From Botryllus schlosseri (Eukaryota), in contig CM119373.1 in the NCBI GenBank assembly GCA_051294905.1, positions 30,318,001 through 30,382,000 on the forward strand: a DNA stretch of 64,000 nt, read 5' to 3'. The notes below the pieces were generated by a model. The model made no database searches and was not told the DNA's origin. It worked only from the letters and a program-made list of their open reading frames with translations. Position 1 is the stretch's first letter. Each line of letters begins with the position of its first letter. Of the stretch, positions 57,962 to 64,000 are shown one piece after another. A program made the translations under genes and the position numbers.

Positions 57962-58497
57962 ATATTGACGTTTTAAACGTCGCCAAATATATCAACTGGG
58001 GCAATTAAATGATATAATAATCCCATAAAATCAATATCGTCCGCCTTTGCCAACAATTTCGCCGAGGACTTACCAGGGAATATAAGGAAAGGTAGGTGTA
58101 TTTTTGTCTTTGATGTTTTTGCAGCATATACACCGAATCATGATATACATACACACGATCTGCGCATATGCATACCATGATTACATTATGTGCATATGCC
58201 GCCGGGCAAGGAAGATGCAGATCAAATCAGACTTAAATCACCATTTTCGTATGATAGACCGGAAAATGTATTCGGCATCCGAGTATTGCTACATTGATTT
58301 TGATCATGGTGTGAACCGGGTATCTATGCTTGCTACTGATATTACCCCATTAACAAGATATACAGCAGTTGGTTTGTGGTACAGAACTTGAAGATAGCTT
58401 TCAATACAACATCCATTGTAGTAAAATATTTATTCAACTCGAAGACTTTTCGGGTGCCTCTTTTCAAGAGTTAACGGCACTCTAAAGGGATTTAAAC

Positions 58498-60524
58498 CAG
58501 TGGTTCCCAAACTTTTTCGGGTTGAGAGCCAAATTTAGAATTTCAGAGTACGGTCGGGGCCGCACGAATACTACGGCTATGAAACGAACCCAAACAGTTA
58601 TCATGGCTATTTCGGAGTAGTTTTATTGCCCTGGCGAGATTTCAAAACTGTACACTGTTTACCGCTACTTAACAGCTGCGTTGGGTGTCCGTTGAGTGAA
58701 TCAGCTTTTCACGCCTAAACGCGCGAAGAGCGAGAAATTTCTTTGGTTTCATGACTGAATCGGTCAATATGATCGGGAGTTGCATGTATTGCTATCAATT
58801 TTCATCCTGTCTCTGTTCACGTATTCTGATTTACCGGTAGAGCTGAGTGAGGTGAGTTTGAAAAGGTATGGGCCCCTCAATAGTAATTAAACATCTTCGG
58901 GGGTATACCCGTTGGCTGGAACGTAACAGCTGCACTTCGTCAGGACCCCGGGCTCCCATAGGGTGATAAACTGCCCCCGCATCACGTTCGCTTTTGCCAC
59001 GAAATTAAAGTTGTACTGTTTAGTGAGACAGCGGGACGCGCGAATATTTCGCTAATTCATGATAAAATCGGTGAATAAGATCGGGAATTGCATGGTTGTC
59101 CTCTTTGCCCACGTAATCAGATTTACCGGTAGAGCTGAGTGAGAGGTGTCTTTGAAACTGCGGACCCCCTAAAATTAAACATCTTCGGGCGGGCGGACCC
59201 CTAGGTATGACTTTTTTACATGATGTTATTTCGTGACCTCCTGTCTGCTATATCAAAATATGTAGAATTGCCTAAACCTACTAAACTGACAGATCACACG
59301 ATTTCAGATTGGTATTTCTTCACTGGCATATAATTTTCTTTCCTGCGGGATGGTATTTGTCTTATGAGGTTCAGATTGCCAAGACAAGAATATTCGGTGC
59401 CAGTCATTTAGGAGCCTATGTGGACAATTAAACCTATATGTATTTAGTATATATAACGAAGTTTTTGGTATTTCGAAGTTTTAGGTCAGCATAAAAGCAA
59501 TCCTTTACGGCCAGGCCTTTCTCGCTGCCAATCGTTCTGACACACTTCTTGGAGTCACATGTTACATGGCCTAAAACTTTATATGTCTTGGTGCGTTGTG
59601 GTGCGGCCATGGCCAACGCTGATATGCCCATTTCTATAAATCTTGCGTATTTTTCCTTGGGGAAGAGTACCCAGTAATCAAGATGTGTGACGAATTGCAT
59701 AAATTTTCAAAAAATACGCTATAATTTATGCTAATTCATGAAATAATTTTGGGCCCCCTTCGAGATCAGACCCCCTCAATTGGGGGGTTTGGGGGCCCTG
59801 ACTATAGGACTACCAATTATGCTGCTTTTAGGCGGCTAAGCAGTATTCATCTCGGCGTATTCAACCGTGAGTCACGTGTTGCACATCTGGTTATCATAGG
59901 GTTACGATACGACATCTTTTAAGATGGTTTGTCCTCTTTTTTGATTTTTTTAAAAGTGTCCTCGGAGGACCCACAAATGTTTTCTTTTTTAAGATTTTGT
60001 CTTCTTTTTAGAGAATTCTGGTTACAATTAGGGCCAAATTCGACTGATATACATTAAGTCAGCACTGTAGGAACGCTACGGCGGCTATTTCGGGAGCTGG
60101 ACCGGAAGTTGACCTTTTTTCAGTCAACCACCTGTTAATGTGAAAGAAAAACTGTATTTTCCAGGAGTTGAGCTTCTTCTTCTTATTTAGTCAAGCGACC
60201 ACGAAGTGGGAAAAATTTACCATTTTTTCAGGATTTTCCTCCGCTTTTATCAATACCTATTTATATCGATAGCTACTGCTCGTTCAACTGGAAAGTTAGG
60301 GCACATTGCATTGCAACAGCAGTGACGTAACGTTAGCAGTCTATACTCACAACTTTCCTGGAATTCTATAATTAAAAGCTACAGAGGCCAAGCAAAGCAA
60401 GAGTATTTTAAAAATATAAATTTTAATTTTTGTCATAAATCGATTTCCTAATATATTTTGGGGGCCGCAAGAAGGCTATCTGGGGGCCGCATGCGGCCCT
60501 CGGGGCCGCACTTGGGAATCACTG
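58498..60524 (-). mobile_element. Charlie/Buster-like hAT deletion derivative
   Basis: TIR cagtggttcccaa / ttgggaatcactg. Exact TSD atttaaac. ORF 59434-59700 resembles a decayed hAT C-terminal domain. The interior is a reverse-complement relative of 9240-9620 / 48200-48300. Confidence 0.8.
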
Positions 60525-60697
60525 ATTTAAACAGAATGAAAAGCAAAACCAAAAAGGCGAAGTATGACGCAACAATCAGAAATTACATACCATGAAGTCC
60601 GCAATGTAACGATGGCAACAATAACAAACTTGAAGAGTACGATACTAGTAACATAGCATTTTGAAACCAAACAATAACAAACACGAATTAGAACGCA

Positions 60698-61216
60698 CTA
60701 ATGGGAAAATTGTAAGTTATACAGAAAATCTTTTTGTCTACATAAAATAGGCTTGGTCAATTGGATGATTGTTGATTCTAGGACTTTCAAATGAAACAAG
60801 GATCTGCCTCGCGCAATGACTGTAAACATTTGGTCATTATAGTTTTGAGCACAAGAAGGGTTCTCACTTAAATGTTGGCCAATTGCCGAAGCGTATGCTT
60901 GGTAATCGTCGTAACAGTCGGTTTTGGCGGCTGATTTGCATTGTCGTGCGAACTCCGTACGGTCATTTGCGCAAGTTTTTGAGCGAATCAATTTGGGAAT
61001 GTGTTGCGTTATCCGTTCAAACAATCTTTGTGATGTACGTCCCACATACCTACTATCACAGTGGCACTTAAATTCGTAGACGACGTTACTTGCATTTAAA
61101 GCAGGAAGTACATCCTTTCGGAAGTTTGGCAGAAGTGGTTTGGTTGTATACACCACATGCGCATTTACACTATAATAACAACGGTGCACGGCCGATTTGA
61201 TCAACTTTTCAAACAC
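60698..61216 (-). pseudogene. Penelope-like element fragment: GIY-YIG endonuclease
   Basis: NVVYEFKCHCDSRYVGRTSQRLFERITQH...SAIGQHL...LKVLESTII...P. Truncated at the junction with the duplicated segment. Confidence 0.85.
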
Positions 61217-64000
61217 TCCAGAATTCCTACTTAAGTGTTGGAGGTGTGTCTAGTAATGCTGAGTATGGACCGGAGCTGGATTGAATATCCGGACGGATTT
61301 TTTCTTATTTTGGCCGGAGCCAGATCGAAGCCGGGTCAGTATTTTATTGATAAGCATGGCTTTTGTAACTAAATACCTACCAACCACACGCAAATAAAAG
61401 CCAAGCCAGTGCGAAAAAATGAGCTATATTTATAACTTCACGAAACCACCGTACCGTATAGGACGCAGCATGGACCGGGCTAGATTTGATATCTGGCCGG
61501 ACTTTTTCATTTTTGGTCGGAGTCAGATCGGAGTCGGACCAGAGCATTTGTCGATCCGCTCCGCACCAGTATCTAGGCTCCTCCTCGCCATTGCCATCTC
61601 ATCCGTATAAGCGGTGTCTTATGAAAGCGAATAAGTGGATTCTGCTACAAGCGGGGCATGGTATGGTATGATATGATATGGAACGGAATTTCGGAATGGA
61701 ATATGGAAAAGTGCAAGTATGGTAAGGAATGGGATTTTCCAAGTATGGTATGGATTTTTTTTCCGTGATGCATTCCATACTTTGGCAATTTTGCCAGAAC
61801 CGACAACGATCTAACTTTCGGTTAGTAAAATCGATTGCATACGTCAGTATATCGTTCACTGACAGGTCCATGTTAACATTTCCATGTCGACATCTATATG
61901 AGGACAAAAATGTTGTGCAACTCTCATAAGAAGCAAAATAATATTAACGATAACACTGATCAACACACATTTTGGTGCCAAGAAAGTTTCAACGGTTTTA
62001 GAGTATTTTTAGGTCGCTGAATCCAAAAATGACATCAGTTTATCTTAATTGGCTCGATTTTGTTTTTAAATATTCCATATTTTTGGTTCGAAAAGTGCTA
62101 AAAATATTGTGACATATATAAAATGCTGTTTGTGTACTATGGATCTTCGTATACTACGGTTTAAGGGCATTATTATGTCGCTGAATCCGAAAATGACATT
62201 CGTCTTTTCGATTAGATCCTAATGTTTGAGATATTTCACATTTTTGTTTGAAAAAGTGCTCAAAATACGCAAATTTTGGCATAGGTAAGTTTCATTTCAT
62301 ATTCTACAACTACGATGAGTTCACATATGTGTCTTCAAGTGTGTGCATACAGTATTGTTTCTATGTCTGAAGCGTTATCGTTGAAGACGCAACGTTAACA
62401 CAGATTGCCTTCTGTACGCGAGTCCTGTTTCATGTGAAAATCAAGCAAAAATTATAAAATGACTTGATATTAGCGGTAAACAACATATTTTTGTAAATCA
62501 AAAACAGGTGCCGTCAAACCCCAAACACTACGACCAATAACGCTGAAAGTTCAGTTAGTAAGCTGTCAAAGCACGTTAATCAATCATCTACCTCCATTTT
62601 CAGTAAAAGTCATTCGATGTCTTTACAATAAAAAAGTTCATCTTGTTGGCTAAAATGCTGAAGTAATTCCTTTTCTCTTGTACGGTAAAATGTTATTAAA
62701 GCTCCAGTTCAATGGCAGTTTTTGTCTTCAAGTCGGGTACTTTCTCAGAGTGAGGCACATATCGCCGTGAAGATTCTAAATCTGCGTAATTCCAAGTATT
62801 CTACACCCGACGATTAAATAAAATAACTAAATAACTAAAAAATATCGATATCTCAAAAAGTAGAGCTAATTCAGAAAAACGGATGTCAGTTTCGAACTCA
62901 GCAGCCCAAACATACCTAGAAACCACTAAAATATATTTGGCACTAAAAAAAAAAGTTTTTTTGTTTGCCAGTGTAATTATTCCAATCTGAATATACTAAT
63001 ATTGAATGATATTCGACCTCTGTAGCCGCGTTACAGCTTACATTTCGCTTATCGTTTCAACGATTATTTCGCTTACAGAAACTTCCACTCCGTAAACTAC
63101 CAAGAGAAGTTTTCGAATCGTAGACTCTGTGAATGTAGCAGTTGCATGAATATTTATATCAGTTGTTGAACTTGGAAGTCATTACATGCGATTTTCTCGG
63201 ATTATTATCACACAACATCTATTTAACATGAGCATCGTCTGGTTTACTCCAGCAGCTTTTGTCTAAGCTGCTGAACTCTTCGTAACTACACACAGAGCAC
63301 GTACAGGAACACTGCACTCGAAGATTATATCCTAATCATCAAGGTGACTATTTGTTGACCAAAGGAAGGCACAAAAATTGAAAATTATGACATTTTGAGA
63401 CATTAATAAACTGAATTTTCGAGTATTTAAAGTAGGTATTGTTGCACATAATGTTAGAATTGTAGTATTCCTACTTTTCTACGTCTTTGGTGGGAACTAT
63501 CTGTCCTTACGAAGTAACTTGGCAAGCATAGAAAAAATACGTTAATCAGCTTAAAGCAATTTTTTGCTGGCCGCATTGAGGTTCATAGTATAGTGCTGCA
63601 GTGATAGTAACACATCTGTGGCGTCTCGCGAACCCACACATAAGTTTTGAACCACAGCGTTACGTCGTCAAGAGATATCAGCGTGGGCTTGTAAACAAAC
63701 TTCGGACCTACTAAAATATGTCACTGTTTTAGGGGTGTTTTGTTCATCGCGATATGTCAACTAATTTGTTTCATTCGATGGTTTATGATCTACAATTAAG
63801 ACTATGGGCCATCTACAACAGTAGGCCTATAAAGTAGAACAGGGGCGGGCAACTTCTCCAGTTGGCGGGACGGAAATGGAGAATTGAAGTACTGACGGGC
63901 CGGATTCCTGAATCGATATATTAAACGCGTATTTATCCACCTATACAAGGGTTAATCGTATTTAATGTAAATTTTAATTCTGAAGCATAGATATTAGGGA
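61215..64000 (+). repeat. 2.8-kb near-identical direct duplication, copy 2 (runs off the window)
   Basis: Matches 53730-56515. Confidence 0.95.

Overview
AT-rich eukaryotic genomic DNA, probably from an invertebrate animal (inferred from GT-AG introns, hAT MITEs and a Penelope-type fragment). The window is dominated by nested mobile DNA. The centrepiece (about 9.8-24.6 kb, minus strand) is an endogenous retrovirus-like element with long open ORFs. Its order is: tRNA-Thr primer-binding site, small leader membrane protein, Gag (CCHC knuckle), -1 frameshift signal, Pol, Env, second glycoprotein. Pol reads protease, long spacer, RT, RNase H and a Tpt1/KptA-like domain. There is no retroviral integrase. 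Instead a Merlin/IS1595(ISXO2)-type DDE transposase follows Pol in the same frame, behind a single UAG. Env is furin-cleaved and class-I-like; the second glycoprotein is an Env paralogue with a mucin stalk. I found no matching LTR pair. The element lies inside four concentric hAT-type elements (3992-50551, 8885-49772, 9038-48973, 9624-48200), three with exact 8-bp TSDs and the innermost with a 7-8 bp TSD. The 25-48 kb interval holds orphan and decayed ORFs plus MITEs. The right end has a host-like FN3 exon, more hAT MITEs, a GIY-YIG fragment and a near-identical 2.8-kb duplication. All protein assignments come from motif recognition by eye; no database searches were run.
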